Shown in pieces: positions 1-9,814 of a DNA stretch of 32,000 nucleotides. Each line of letters opens with the position of its first letter. Within the stretch, counting starts at the first letter, position 1. The position numbers were made by a program, and so were the translations under genes. The notes below the pieces were generated by a model. That model saw only the letters and a list, made by a program, of their open reading frames with translations, was not told the DNA's origin and made no database searches. The stretch covers positions 3,120,001-3,152,000 of the forward strand of contig NC_017039.1 in the NCBI RefSeq assembly GCF_000284455.1, in the 5' to 3' direction. The stretch is from Synechocystis sp. PCC 6803 substr. PCC-P (GTDB lineage Bacteria > Cyanobacteriota > Cyanobacteriia > Cyanobacteriales > Microcystaceae).

Positions 1-897
1 AAAAATGCCGCTGATCAACAGCAGTCCCCAGAGGTTGCCGGTCATAATGCCCACCGCTGCCAAACTCCCCCCTAGGGCTAAAGAACCCGTATCCCCCATG
101 AATACCCGGGCAGGATTGTGGTTATGGTGTACAAAACCAATACAGCCACCGGCCATGGCACAGCAGAAAAAGGCTAGTGCTGGATTTTCTTTCGCCACCA
201 GTAAACCCAACCCCACAAAGGCGATCGCCCCAGTTCCGGCCGCCAAACCATCCACTCCATCGGTCAGATTGGTCGCATTACTTTCCGCCACTAGGGCAAA
301 GGTAGCCACTAACCAAAAAAGGAAACCCAGGGGTAAGACAAATTGCATAATGCGAATGTCCGTAATTTCCGTTGGCCCATAAAAAAATAGCCAAGTGCAA
401 AAAATAACGGCGATCGCCACCTGCAAAAATAATTTTTGTTTCGGGGTTAAACCCTTATTGGATTTGTATTTTAAAATCTGCCAGTCATCCACCCAACCGA
501 TCGCCATATAGCCCAAAGTCACCAAACCCACCACTATGACATCGGGATTAAACTGGGTTCCCACCACGGCGATCGCCACCGCCACCGGCACAAAGAAAAT
601 CCCCCCCATGGTAGGAGTCCCGGCCTTTTTCAAATGACTTTGGGGTCCGTCGGACTGAATCACCTGACTAGCTTTCAGGTTTACTAGCATTGGTACCACC
701 GCCATACCAATGAGAGCTGTAACCAAGGCCGTAAAACCAAGGGCAATCAGTAATTTTCCATTGCTCAACCATGGCATATCCGCCCAGCTACTCAACAGGG
801 CCATCAGGGCTAAAGCCAATGCCCAGAGCAGGATTAGTAAGGTTTTGCCACTGGGGTTTTTCCAACTGGGAAGGGACGAAGATTTTGCGTTGGCCAT
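1..897 (-). CDS. mraY: Phospho-N-acetylmuramoyl-pentapeptide transferase MraY (C-terminal end cut off by the window edge)
   Basis: Absent from the ORF track because it runs off the window. My minus-strand translation from ATG 897..895 stays open for 299 codons to position 1. It reads MANAKSSSLPSWKNPSGKT...SHLKKAGTPTMGG...NATNLTDGVDGLA...HNPARVFMGDTGSLALGG, which are the conserved MraY motifs. The + strand ORFs 5..382 and 710..988 are its antisense shadows. Confidence 0.9.
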   Translation of the reverse strand, partial: MANAKSSSLPSWKNPSGKTLLILLWALALALMALLSSWADMPWLSNGKLLIALGFTALVTALIGMAVVPMLVNLKASQVIQSDGPQSHLKKAGTPTMGGIFFVPVAVAIAVVGTQFNPDVIVVGLVTLGYMAIGWVDDWQILKYKSNKGLTPKQKLFLQVAIAVIFCTWLFFYGPTEITDIRIMQFVLPLGFLFWLVATFALVAESNATNLTDGVDGLAAGTGAIAFVGLGLLVAKENPALAFFCCAMAGGCIGFVHHNHNPARVFMGDTGSLALGGSLAAVGIMTGNLWGLLLISGIF

Positions 898-1009
898 AGT
901 CAAAAAATTAGTTCAGGGGTTGATCAATGACGTTTTCTCCATCAGACTAGCATCAAGGTTGCTGGCCTTTGGCTGTCGATTTTGCTGACAGATTTAAATA
1001 TCAAGAACC

Positions 1010-2863
1010 ATGCCCTTAATTACCAAACTAAAAAAATATCGACGAAAATATAAACGCTTCTTCTGGCTCGGTTGTGTTGTTTTAGCGCTACTACTGATCA
1101 TTCCTCACCCCAGCCAAGCCCAATTCGTTATGCCCCAAGGTTTTAGTGGCCAGGGCAGTGGCTATAAACCGCCGGAAGTTTCCCGGTATGGTCCCATCGA
1201 AGTGGCTCCGGTACGATCGCCCGTTGACAACGGTTTTCTGTTTGATGTGGCCTCCCCCACTGTGTATAACCGCCAAGAGAATACCAGCCAAATTCCTGTG
1301 GAGCAAAGGGCTCAGGACATTGAAAGCAAATTGGAACTGGCTATTTTCAGACGGGATATGAACCCCGATGACCTAAGGGTAGAAACTTCCCGGCTCAACA
1401 ATGTGGTGGTGGTTACTGTTAGCAATGACGATTATCCCCTCCCCTTGGTGCTAGCTTCCGTTACGGAAAACGATGCAGATTTCAACGGCCAACCCATTGA
1501 TGTTTTAGCGGAGCAATGGCGGGAAAAACTGGACAAAGAAATTCGGCGAGGCCAAGCTAGTACTACCCCAGAAGCCCTAGAACAATCCTTCAAACAGGCT
1601 TTCCAAATATTTGTAGCCCTATTGGTGGCAACGGCTATTGTTGCTAGTATCAAACATTTAATTTCCCGGCATCGTCAACGACTCCTCAATCGTAAACAGG
1701 CGATCGCCGCTGAAAAACAAGCGAATTCCGAAGTTCTGGAAGAAAATCACCCTGATCCCATAGAAGTCAATTATGCTGCCCCGGAAATTTTGGGGGAACA
1801 GCAATGGATATTTTGGCAAAGATTACCCCAAATACTCAGTATCGACCGTAAAATTGGCTTTTGGAAATTTATCCAGTGGCTTTTGTTCTGGGTAATTATC
1901 CTTGGTTGGTACTTTGGCTTATTCGCCATTTTTCGACAAATTCCCGGCTTAGCCACCCTCAGTGGCGCCATTTTGGGTCGCCCCTTGCAATTGCTAATGC
2001 TGTGGTTTTTTGTTGGTCTAACTATCCGTATTAGCCATCGCATCATTGAATTACTAAAAGACAATTGGCAAAACACTAATTCCACCAGCTTCAACAAATT
2101 TATCAATCTGGGAGATGACCAACGGCGAGATCTGCGCATTTCCACCATCTCTGGGGCTATCAAGGGTATGGTCACGGTGGTTATCAGTGCTAGCGGTTTG
2201 TTAACCGCCCTGATTATTCTGGGCATTCCCACCGGTTCTGTGGTTGCCATTGGGGGTTTATTGGCCTTGGCCATTTCCTTCGGTGCCCAAAGCTTGGTCA
2301 AGGATTTGGTCGATGGATTTCTAGTATTAGCCGAAGACCAGTATGCCATTGGAGATGTGATTGATGTGGGCTTCGCTGCCGGGGGGGTGGAAAATTTAAA
2401 CTTACGGGTGACTCAGTTAAGGAGTGCCGGGGGAGAACTAGTTACCATCCCCAACAGTGCCATTACCCAGGTTAAAAACCTGACCCGTTCGTGGTCCAGG
2501 GCTAATTTGAGCGTCAATGTAGCCTACGACACTGACCCTGTCAAAGCCATTAATGTTCTACGTCAAGTAGGGGAAGACCTGTACAACGACCCGGAATGGC
2601 ATGACAAAATGCTGGCAGTTCCCGATGTGTTGGGCATCGATAGTCTTACCCATGAGGGCATGACCATCACCATCTGGATTCAAACAGCCCCTGCTCAACA
2701 GTGGTCTGTGGGCCGAGAACTGCGTTTCCGTGTGCGCCAGGCCCTGACGGAAAATAACATCGAAATCGGTGCCCCCCGGCAAATATATGCCCATGCAACC
2801 AACACCACTAACGGGGCTACCAATCCCCCCTTTAATGCCCTTGAGTCCGCTGTGGAAAGCTAG
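1010..2863 (+). CDS. Mechanosensitive ion channel family protein (MscS-type core with a long N-terminal extension)
   Basis: 617-aa ORF starting at ATG 1010. It has an N-terminal signal/TM segment (FFWLGCVVLALLLIIP) and several TM helices. The MscS core signature is GAQSLVKDLVDGFLVLAEDQYAIGDVIDV..GGVENLNLRVTQLRSAGGELVTIPNS. Confidence 0.85.
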   Translation: MPLITKLKKYRRKYKRFFWLGCVVLALLLIIPHPSQAQFVMPQGFSGQGSGYKPPEVSRYGPIEVAPVRSPVDNGFLFDVASPTVYNRQENTSQIPVEQRAQDIESKLELAIFRRDMNPDDLRVETSRLNNVVVVTVSNDDYPLPLVLASVTENDADFNGQPIDVLAEQWREKLDKEIRRGQASTTPEALEQSFKQAFQIFVALLVATAIVASIKHLISRHRQRLLNRKQAIAAEKQANSEVLEENHPDPIEVNYAAPEILGEQQWIFWQRLPQILSIDRKIGFWKFIQWLLFWVIILGWYFGLFAIFRQIPGLATLSGAILGRPLQLLMLWFFVGLTIRISHRIIELLKDNWQNTNSTSFNKFINLGDDQRRDLRISTISGAIKGMVTVVISASGLLTALIILGIPTGSVVAIGGLLALAISFGAQSLVKDLVDGFLVLAEDQYAIGDVIDVGFAAGGVENLNLRVTQLRSAGGELVTIPNSAITQVKNLTRSWSRANLSVNVAYDTDPVKAINVLRQVGEDLYNDPEWHDKMLAVPDVLGIDSLTHEGMTITIWIQTAPAQQWSVGRELRFRVRQALTENNIEIGAPRQIYAHATNTTNGATNPPFNALESAVES

Positions 2864-2872
2864 TGTTTAGTA

Positions 2873-4027
2873 TTAGTCTTCTCCTAGGTATATGCCCAAT
2901 GACTTGGCCGTTTTAACCATAAAACCATCCCTATCCACCGGGAAAGGACAGCGATTTTCCTGGTGACATTCTTTAATGATGCTGATAATTGGTTTAAGGT
3001 CAGCGTGTTCCACCTTCCCACTGCGCCAGATCACCACCTGGTCATAAATTTCCTGTTCGATCAACTCCACTGCCCTAATTCCAAACACCGTGGCCAAGAG
3101 GCGATCGAACGATAGGGGGGTCCCGCTCCGTTGTAAATGACCCAGGGTTGTGGCTCGAATGTCTAGACTTATTAGATCGCAAAAAGCGGGATCTTTAATG
3201 TCGCAAAGGTGTTGACTGGTTTCACTGATTTCTTCTGCTAAGTAGTCGGCGATATGTTTATTTTTCTTATTATTTTGATCGTGGACACCCTCTGAAATAA
3301 CTATTAAAGCAAAATGGCGGCCAGACTTCCGCAAATTCATTAGTTGATAACAACAATTGCGGATAATTTCAGAAGTCAAACAAGGGGTAATTTCGGGAAT
3401 TAAAATGATATCAGCTCCGCCGGCAATGCCTGCATGGAGAGTCAAATGCCCCGCATCCCGCCCCATGACCTGGACAATGATAATGCGTTCATGGCTAGCG
3501 GCGGTAAAAGTCAGGTCGTATAAGGCTTGGGTAACAATATCCACCGCAGTGCTAAATCCCACTGCCAGATCCGTAAAGGGCACATCATTGTCAATGGTTT
3601 TGGGAATGGCAATAATATGCCAATTACCTTTTTGGGCTAAATCATAAATAATGTCTAAACTACCATCGCCACCAATAACAATTAGTGCTTCCAGGTCAAG
3701 TATGGCATAACCCTTGAGAATGGCTTCGGCGATCGCCGGTTGCTCTGGATGTCCCTTACTTAAGGACCCTAAAACACTACCGCTGAGAAATTGCAATACA
3801 TCTAAGCCTTTGAGCATCCCGGGCAGAGCATAGCCATGTTTAGTTAACAGTAAATCCTCTGCCTGGTATTTTCCGTGGGCAACTTCAACAAAACCATCGG
3901 TGCCGTAGGGAATACCATAAACCTCCCACCCCTTAAGAGCTGAGGCCTTAACCACTGCTCGGATGACGGCATTGAGGCCAGGACAATCACCACCACTGGT
4001 CAAAATTCCAATACGTTTTGTGCCCAT
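2873..4027 (-). CDS. pfkA: ATP-dependent 6-phosphofructokinase
   Basis: The track ORF 2873..4108 opens with TTG. The first ATG (4027) has a purine-rich AAGGGGG 6 nt upstream and yields [26 protein letters not shown], followed by IGGDGS and VMGRDAGHL, the classic PFK motifs. An alternative start at 4108 cannot be excluded. Confidence 0.88.
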
Positions 4028-4138
4028 ACCAAACCCCCTTAATTTATCCTTAATTTGAGTCTTTCTAACTCTTTCAATAGCTGACCCATGGTCAAAATCG
4101 AACCCCAATCTATCGCCAATCCCTAATCCGGCGGTTTA

Positions 4139-5170
4139 CTAACCCACTGGTTCAAGGGGATCAAGCGCTTTCCAAATAGGGGCGTAGGTCTGCAGAGCTT
4201 TGACATATTGAACCCGCTCAAAAGCAGTGGGATCGGGGCAATTAAGTTGACTCATACTGCCTTGCATCTGCTGTACAGATTCATATTCATGCTCCTCCAT
4301 CCAACGGGCTAAACTATTTTCCAATGTGTGAATATAACCGATGCCGTGGCGCAATAGGGCACTGACCAATTGGGTGATTTTTGCCCCGGCCATTAATACC
4401 TTGACCAAATCCACTGTGTGCAAAATTCCACTGGTGGCGGCTAAGTCGCAGTCAATACGCCCATATAAAATCGCCAGCCAATGTAGGGGAAGGCGCATAC
4501 TTTGGGTAGTGCTGAGCAGAATATGGGGATAAACTTCTAGGCTTTCTAGGTCAAAATCTGGCTGGTAAAAACGGTTAAATAAAACTAATCCATCAGCGCC
4601 ATAATCGGCAAACTTCTTGGCCATATAGGCCATATTGCTAAAGAAGGGTGAAATTTTAACAGCAACGGGAATTTTAACTTCATCTTTAACCGCTTTAACA
4701 ATGTCAAGATAATTTTTTTCCACCTCTGTGCCTGGCACATCCAAATCTGTGGGTACGTAGTAAATATTAAGTTCAATAGCATCGGCCCCAGCCCCCTCCA
4801 TTTGTTGGGAATAGTCTAACCAGCCGCCTAGGGTAGAACCATTTAAGCTGCCAATTATAGGAATATCTAAACTCTCTTTAGCCAGGCGAATATGGTTGAG
4901 ATACTCCTCAGAACCGACATGAAAAACCTGGGGTTCAGGAAAATAAGTCAGAGCTTCAGCAAAACTATGGGTGCCATGGGTGAGATGGTGGTACATTTCC
5001 AGTCTTTCTTGCCGCAATTGCTCTTCAAAGAAGGAATGTAAAACGATCGCCGCCGCACCACTGTCCTCCATTTTTTTGAGATTGCCCAACTCCTCCGTCA
5101 AAGGGGCACAGGAACCGACCACTAGGGGAGATTTAAGATTTAAGCCGAGGTATTGGGTAGTGAGATCCAT
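4139..5170 (-). CDS. Dihydroorotate dehydrogenase-like flavoprotein (DHOD/DPD TIM-barrel family; probably not a true PyrD)
   Basis: 343 aa, ATG 5170. DHOD-like layout: LGLNLKSPLVVGSCAPL at the N-terminus, GADAIELNI.., and GADGLVLFNR near the FMN-binding end. The catalytic loop reads ELNIYYVPT (4751..4777) instead of ELN(L/I)SCPN or NISSPN. Confidence 0.7.
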   Translation of the reverse strand: MDLTTQYLGLNLKSPLVVGSCAPLTEELGNLKKMEDSGAAAIVLHSFFEEQLRQERLEMYHHLTHGTHSFAEALTYFPEPQVFHVGSEEYLNHIRLAKESLDIPIIGSLNGSTLGGWLDYSQQMEGAGADAIELNIYYVPTDLDVPGTEVEKNYLDIVKAVKDEVKIPVAVKISPFFSNMAYMAKKFADYGADGLVLFNRFYQPDFDLESLEVYPHILLSTTQSMRLPLHWLAILYGRIDCDLAATSGILHTVDLVKVLMAGAKITQLVSALLRHGIGYIHTLENSLARWMEEHEYESVQQMQGSMSQLNCPDPTAFERVQYVKALQTYAPIWKALDPLEPVG

Positions 5171-5191
5171 GGTGTTAATTCCTTTCAGTTT

Positions 5192-5674
5192 TTAATTGTA
5201 ATCTTCGTAATATTGGGGAAAAAATCCATCTGGTAGAAAAGTTCGATCCAGAATGTCATTTTGTGCAAAGGGATTGGTTTCTGGAAAGGTTTCTAAACTA
5301 GTGTCAGTCTCGATGGCAACCATTTTACGAGCGTGTTTGTAGCACTCATCTAAAACATCATGAAAATATTTCTGCAAACTGGGACTTTCTAAAAGACATT
5401 GATAAATTTTCTTTCTACTTTGATCAATCATTGTCCTCCAACTATTTGACCAGGTCTCTGGTTGGTATTTCCATTTAAGTAAATGAATTAAAATAATCTC
5501 TAAATTCTCCCTGAGAATACCCTGTTCTGTATATTTAATAGATTGAATTTCTTCTGCTAAATTTTCAAAATCAAGATTTTCAAGTTGATTTTCTTTTAGG
5601 CAGTTAGCGACTGCCTCTAACCACAGATTAAAATCCTGTTCATAAAGAAGATTGGCATTGATTTTTAAAGTCAT
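5192..5674 (-). CDS. DUF29 family protein (cyanobacterial helical protein of unknown function)
   Basis: 160 aa, ATG 5674. It has the N-terminal LYEQDFxxW and the central/C-terminal LEIILIHLLKWKYQP...SNSW...ESPSL pattern typical of DUF29. It is about half identical to the neighbouring ORF. Confidence 0.75.
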   Translation of the reverse strand: MTLKINANLLYEQDFNLWLEAVANCLKENQLENLDFENLAEEIQSIKYTEQGILRENLEIILIHLLKWKYQPETWSNSWRTMIDQSRKKIYQCLLESPSLQKYFHDVLDECYKHARKMVAIETDTSLETFPETNPFAQNDILDRTFLPDGFFPQYYEDYN

Positions 5675-5691
5675 TTTAATTATCTTTTTGG

Positions 5692-6141
5692 CTATTTTGG
5701 TAAAAATTCTTGATCAAGAATCTCTTCTTTCAAGAACGGATTTAGGGCGGGAAATCGACTGATGTCAATACTGGTTTCAATGCTGGCTTCTTTCCTGGCT
5801 CGCCCATAGGCTTCATCAAGTACTAAATCAAAATGACGTTTGAGACTGGGGCTTTCTTTAAGCTGCTTAAGAATCCTTTCTCTGTGTTCGTCAATGCTCA
5901 ACCTCCAGCTATTGGATTGTTTATGGGGTTGGTATTTCCATTTAAGCAAGTGCATTAACAAAATCTCCAAATTACGCTTTAGAGACTTTTTTTGACTCCG
6001 CCCCATATCTTCAATTTCTTTAATTAAATTTTGACAGTCTAGTTGATCCAACCGACGTTCCTTGAGTAGATCCGCCATGGTTTTTGCCCATAGACACCGG
6101 TCTTGCTGATAAAGATTTTTGGTATTCATCTGAGTGACCAT
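5692..6141 (-). CDS. DUF29 family protein (tandem paralogue)
   Basis: The track ORF 5692..6231 opens with TTG and would overlap the nifJ stop. ATG 6141 has GAGG 8 nt upstream. Starting there, MVTQMNTKNLYQQD aligns residue for residue with MTLKINANLLYEQD of the paralogue. Shared motifs are LEILLMHLLKWKYQP, SNSW and ESPSL. Confidence 0.72.
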   Translation of the reverse strand: MVTQMNTKNLYQQDRCLWAKTMADLLKERRLDQLDCQNLIKEIEDMGRSQKKSLKRNLEILLMHLLKWKYQPHKQSNSWRLSIDEHRERILKQLKESPSLKRHFDLVLDEAYGRARKEASIETSIDISRFPALNPFLKEEILDQEFLPK

Positions 6142-6214
6142 CCGTTTTGCCTCATATTTGCCCGATGGGTAGGGGAACAAATAACCGATTAACGTTTGCC
6201 CCCTAATGCCGATT

Positions 6215-9200
6215 CTAAACAGATTTAGCAATTACCTCCGGAGATGGGGAAACACCATGGTTGTTACCGTTAATTTCCCCACCCAGAGAACGTTTCGCCA
6301 GATATTCGTACATGGCCCAGCGAGTGTTCACATCCCCTTGAGCTAACTTCATTAAGCGTTTGGCCTCCTCTGGTTGACTGCGGGTGAGCATGGCAAAGCG
6401 ATTTTCCGAATAGACCGTTTTGTCAATGGCTACTTTTGGCGATCCCATATCCAATTGCAGGGGATTTTTACCTTCATCCGCCAACAAAGGGTTATAGCGG
6501 TAGAGCAACCAACGACCGCTGTCCACCAACTCTTTTTGATGGTTCATCGCGGTGGTCATATTAATGCCGTGGGCAATGCAGTGGGAGTAGGCAATAATTA
6601 ACGAGACACCGGGATAGGCTTCCGCTTCCATAAAGGCTTTAATGGACTGCTCATTTTTGGCTCCCATGGCGATACTGGCCACATAGACGTTGCCGTAGGT
6701 CATGGCCATTAAGCCCAAATCTTTTTTGGGAGAGGGTTTACCCCCAGCGGCGAATTTAGCTACAGCGGCCCGGGGAGTGGCTTTGGAGGCTTGGCCCCCG
6801 GTGTTGGAATAGACTTCCGTATCCATCACCAAGATATTGACATTACGCCCACTGGCGAGGACGTGATCCAAACCGCCGTACCCAATGTCGTAGGCCCAGC
6901 CATCGCCACCAATAATCCAAACGCTTTTCTTCACGAGGTAATCCGCTACAGAAAGGAACATTTGGGCTTGGGGAGTTTCCAGATTTTGCAAACGTTGCTT
7001 AACCTGTTCTACCAATTGCCGTTGTTCAAAAATATCCGCTTCAGTGGTTTGGGCATTGTTGAGAATTTCACTTACCAAACTGTCTCCCAACTCCCCAGCA
7101 AAGGTTTTTAGCAATTCCCCTGCAAATTCCGTTTGCTTGTCGATCGCCACTCGGAAACCAAGGCCAAATTCAGCGTTATCTTCAAACAGGGAATTGGACC
7201 AAGCGGGACCGCGACCCTCAGCATTTTGGGCCCAGGGAGTTGTCGGTAAGTTGCCGCCATAGATGGAAGAGCAACCGGTGGCGTTGGCCACTAACATGCG
7301 ATCGCCAAATAATTGACTGACCAGTTTCAAATAAGGGGTTTCCCCACAACCGGCACAGGCTCCAGAAAATTCAAATAACGGCTCCTGCATCTGTTGATGG
7401 CTGATTTTGTTCAAATTCAAACTGAGGCGATCGGGGTTGGGCAAATCTAGGAAAAAGTCCCAATTCTCCCGTTCCTGTTCCCGCAAGGGTAACTGGGGAG
7501 CCATATTAATCGCCCTTAAACGAGGCTGGGATTTATTTTTAGCCGGGCATACGTCCACACAGATGCCGCAACCGGTGCAATCTTCCGGGGCTACCTGGAT
7601 GGTGAACTTAGAACCTTGCCAATCATGGTCTTTGGCATTGGTAAATTTGAAACTGACCGGAGCATTGGCCAATTCTGCCTCCTCGTAAACTTTGCCCCGA
7701 ATCACAGCATGGGGACAAACAATGACGCATTTGCCGCATTGCACACAAACATCGGGGTCCCAAACGGGAATTTCGTGGCCCACGTTGCGTTTTTCCCATT
7801 GGGTAGTGGCGGTGGGATAGGTGCCATCGCAGGGTAAAGCACTGACCGGGAGATCATCCCCTTGCCGGGCCATGATTTTTCCTAACACTTCCCGCACAAA
7901 CACCGGGGCGTTATCAGGCACCACCGGCCGCATAGCAGGGGCATCGTCGCTCACCGTTTCCGGTACGGACACTTCATAGAGATGGGCCAGGGTGGAATCC
8001 ACCGCTTTAATATTCATCTCGACAATTTCCTGACCCTTTTTGCCGTAGGTTTTTTGGACCGACTGCTTAATTTTGGCGATCGCCTCTTCCCGGGGTAACA
8101 CTCCCGCTAGGGCAAAGAAACAGGTTTGCATGACTGTGTTGGTGCGGCGGCCCATGCCCGCATCCCTGGCTACGTCATTGGCATTGATGGTGTAAACCTT
8201 GAGATTTTTGTCAATAATTTCCTGTTGTACTTTGCGGGGAAACTCTCGCCAAATTTCCTCTGGGCCGTAGGGGCTATTGACCAGGAAAACGCCGCCATCA
8301 ACGGCTGGTTCCAAGACTTCAAACTGTTCCAAAAATTCCCACTGGTGACAGGCGACAAAATTGGCTTGGCTAATCAGGTAAGTGGACAGGATGGGATTAG
8401 GGCCAAAGCGCAGATGGGAAACGGTTACAGAACCGGATTTTTTCGAGTCGTAAACAAAATAACCCTGGGCGTAGTTATCCGTATCTTCGCCAATGATTTT
8501 GATGGAGTTCTTATTGGCCCCCACCGTACCGTCGGAACCGAGACCGTAGAAAATTGCCCGGACGACAGAATCTGCTTCCGTGGAAAAACTGGGGTCATAG
8601 TCGATGCTGGTGTGGCTCAAATCATCGTTAATGCCTACGGTGAAATGGTTTTTGGGGTTGGTTTGATTTAAATGGTCCAACACCCCTTTAACCATGGCGG
8701 GGGTAAATTCCTTGGATGACAGACCGTAACGGCCACCAATAATTTTCGGCATCATGCCCGCTTCAAAAAAGGCCGTCAGCACATCCTGATAGAGGGGTTC
8801 CCCAATGCTCCCCGGTTCCTTACACCGGTCCAGCACCGCTATTTTTTGCACCGTTTTTGGTAGAGCATTAACCAGGCGATCGCCAGCAAAGGGCCGATAG
8901 AGGCGTACTTTCAGTAAACCAACCTTTTCCCCTTGGGCAGTTAGAAAATCCACCGTTTCCTGGGCCGTTTCCGCACCAGAACCCATCAGCACAATCACCC
9001 GTTCCGCTTCCGGATGGCCACAATATTCATAGGGACGGTAATGGCGGCCGGTTAGCTGGCCAAATTGTTCCATCACCTGCTCCAGCACGTTGGGATAACT
9101 GGCATAAAAGGGATTAACCGTTTCCCTAGCTTGGAAATAGACATCCGGATTTTGGGCCGTCCCCCGCAACTTCGGGCGATCGGGGGTCAAAGCCCGTCCC

Positions 9201-9814
9201 CGGTGGGCTAGCACATCCTCATCCTTAATCAAACCACGGAGTACTTCCTGGGGTAAAAGCTCAATTTTTTGTTCTTCGTGGGAAGTGCGAAAACCATCAA
9301 AAAAGTGCAGTCCCGGTATCCTGGTGGCAAAGCTGGTGGCCGTGGCAATGAGGGCAAAATCGTGGGCTTCCTGGACAGAATTGGAACTTAACATGGCAAA
9401 GCCCGTATTTCTGGCCGCCATCACATCACTGTGATCCCCAAAAATAGATAGGCCCTGGGCCGCTAAAGAACGGGCCGCCACATGCAAAACCATGGCTGTT
9501 AATTCCCCAGCAATTTTGTGCATATTGGGCAACATCAACATTAAGCCCTGGGAAGCGGTAAATGTTGTGGTCAAAGCTCCCGATTGCAGAGCGCCATGGA
9601 CAGTACCGGCGGCTCCCCCCTCGCTTTGCATTTCCACCACCAATGGTACGGTGCCCCACAAATTGGGCCGGTGTTCTGCTGCCCAAGCATCGGACCATTC
9701 CCCCATGGGCGAGGAAGGGGTGATGGGATAAATGGCAATCACTTCACTGAGCAGGTAGGCCACACGGGCCACCGCTTCATTACCGTCGAGGGTGGCATAG
9801 GTAGGTAAACTCAT
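6215..9814 (-). CDS. nifJ: Pyruvate:ferredoxin (flavodoxin) oxidoreductase
   Basis: 1199 aa, ATG 9814. Single-chain PFOR architecture. The N-terminus is MSLPTYATLDGNEAVARVAY. There are two 4Fe-4S ferredoxin motifs (CVQCGKCVIVCP and CTGCGICVDVCP) and a TPP-binding segment, GGDGWAYDIGYGGLDH. Confidence 0.95.
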   Translation of the reverse strand: MSLPTYATLDGNEAVARVAYLLSEVIAIYPITPSSPMGEWSDAWAAEHRPNLWGTVPLVVEMQSEGGAAGTVHGALQSGALTTTFTASQGLMLMLPNMHKIAGELTAMVLHVAARSLAAQGLSIFGDHSDVMAARNTGFAMLSSNSVQEAHDFALIATATSFATRIPGLHFFDGFRTSHEEQKIELLPQEVLRGLIKDEDVLAHRGRALTPDRPKLRGTAQNPDVYFQARETVNPFYASYPNVLEQVMEQFGQLTGRHYRPYEYCGHPEAERVIVLMGSGAETAQETVDFLTAQGEKVGLLKVRLYRPFAGDRLVNALPKTVQKIAVLDRCKEPGSIGEPLYQDVLTAFFEAGMMPKIIGGRYGLSSKEFTPAMVKGVLDHLNQTNPKNHFTVGINDDLSHTSIDYDPSFSTEADSVVRAIFYGLGSDGTVGANKNSIKIIGEDTDNYAQGYFVYDSKKSGSVTVSHLRFGPNPILSTYLISQANFVACHQWEFLEQFEVLEPAVDGGVFLVNSPYGPEEIWREFPRKVQQEIIDKNLKVYTINANDVARDAGMGRRTNTVMQTCFFALAGVLPREEAIAKIKQSVQKTYGKKGQEIVEMNIKAVDSTLAHLYEVSVPETVSDDAPAMRPVVPDNAPVFVREVLGKIMARQGDDLPVSALPCDGTYPTATTQWEKRNVGHEIPVWDPDVCVQCGKCVIVCPHAVIRGKVYEEAELANAPVSFKFTNAKDHDWQGSKFTIQVAPEDCTGCGICVDVCPAKNKSQPRLRAINMAPQLPLREQERENWDFFLDLPNPDRLSLNLNKISHQQMQEPLFEFSGACAGCGETPYLKLVSQLFGDRMLVANATGCSSIYGGNLPTTPWAQNAEGRGPAWSNSLFEDNAEFGLGFRVAIDKQTEFAGELLKTFAGELGDSLVSEILNNAQTTEADIFEQRQLVEQVKQRLQNLETPQAQMFLSVADYLVKKSVWIIGGDGWAYDIGYGGLDHVLASGRNVNILVMDTEVYSNTGGQASKATPRAAVAKFAAGGKPSPKKDLGLMAMTYGNVYVASIAMGAKNEQSIKAFMEAEAYPGVSLIIAYSHCIAHGINMTTAMNHQKELVDSGRWLLYRYNPLLADEGKNPLQLDMGSPKVAIDKTVYSENRFAMLTRSQPEEAKRLMKLAQGDVNTRWAMYEYLAKRSLGGEINGNNHGVSPSPEVIAKSV

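Noticed and set aside
5-988. Plus-strand ORFs 5..382 (125 aa) and 710..988 (92 aa)
   Set aside because: They lie antisense to a clearly recognisable mraY reading frame. Their translations are low-complexity (P/A/K-rich) with no motif.
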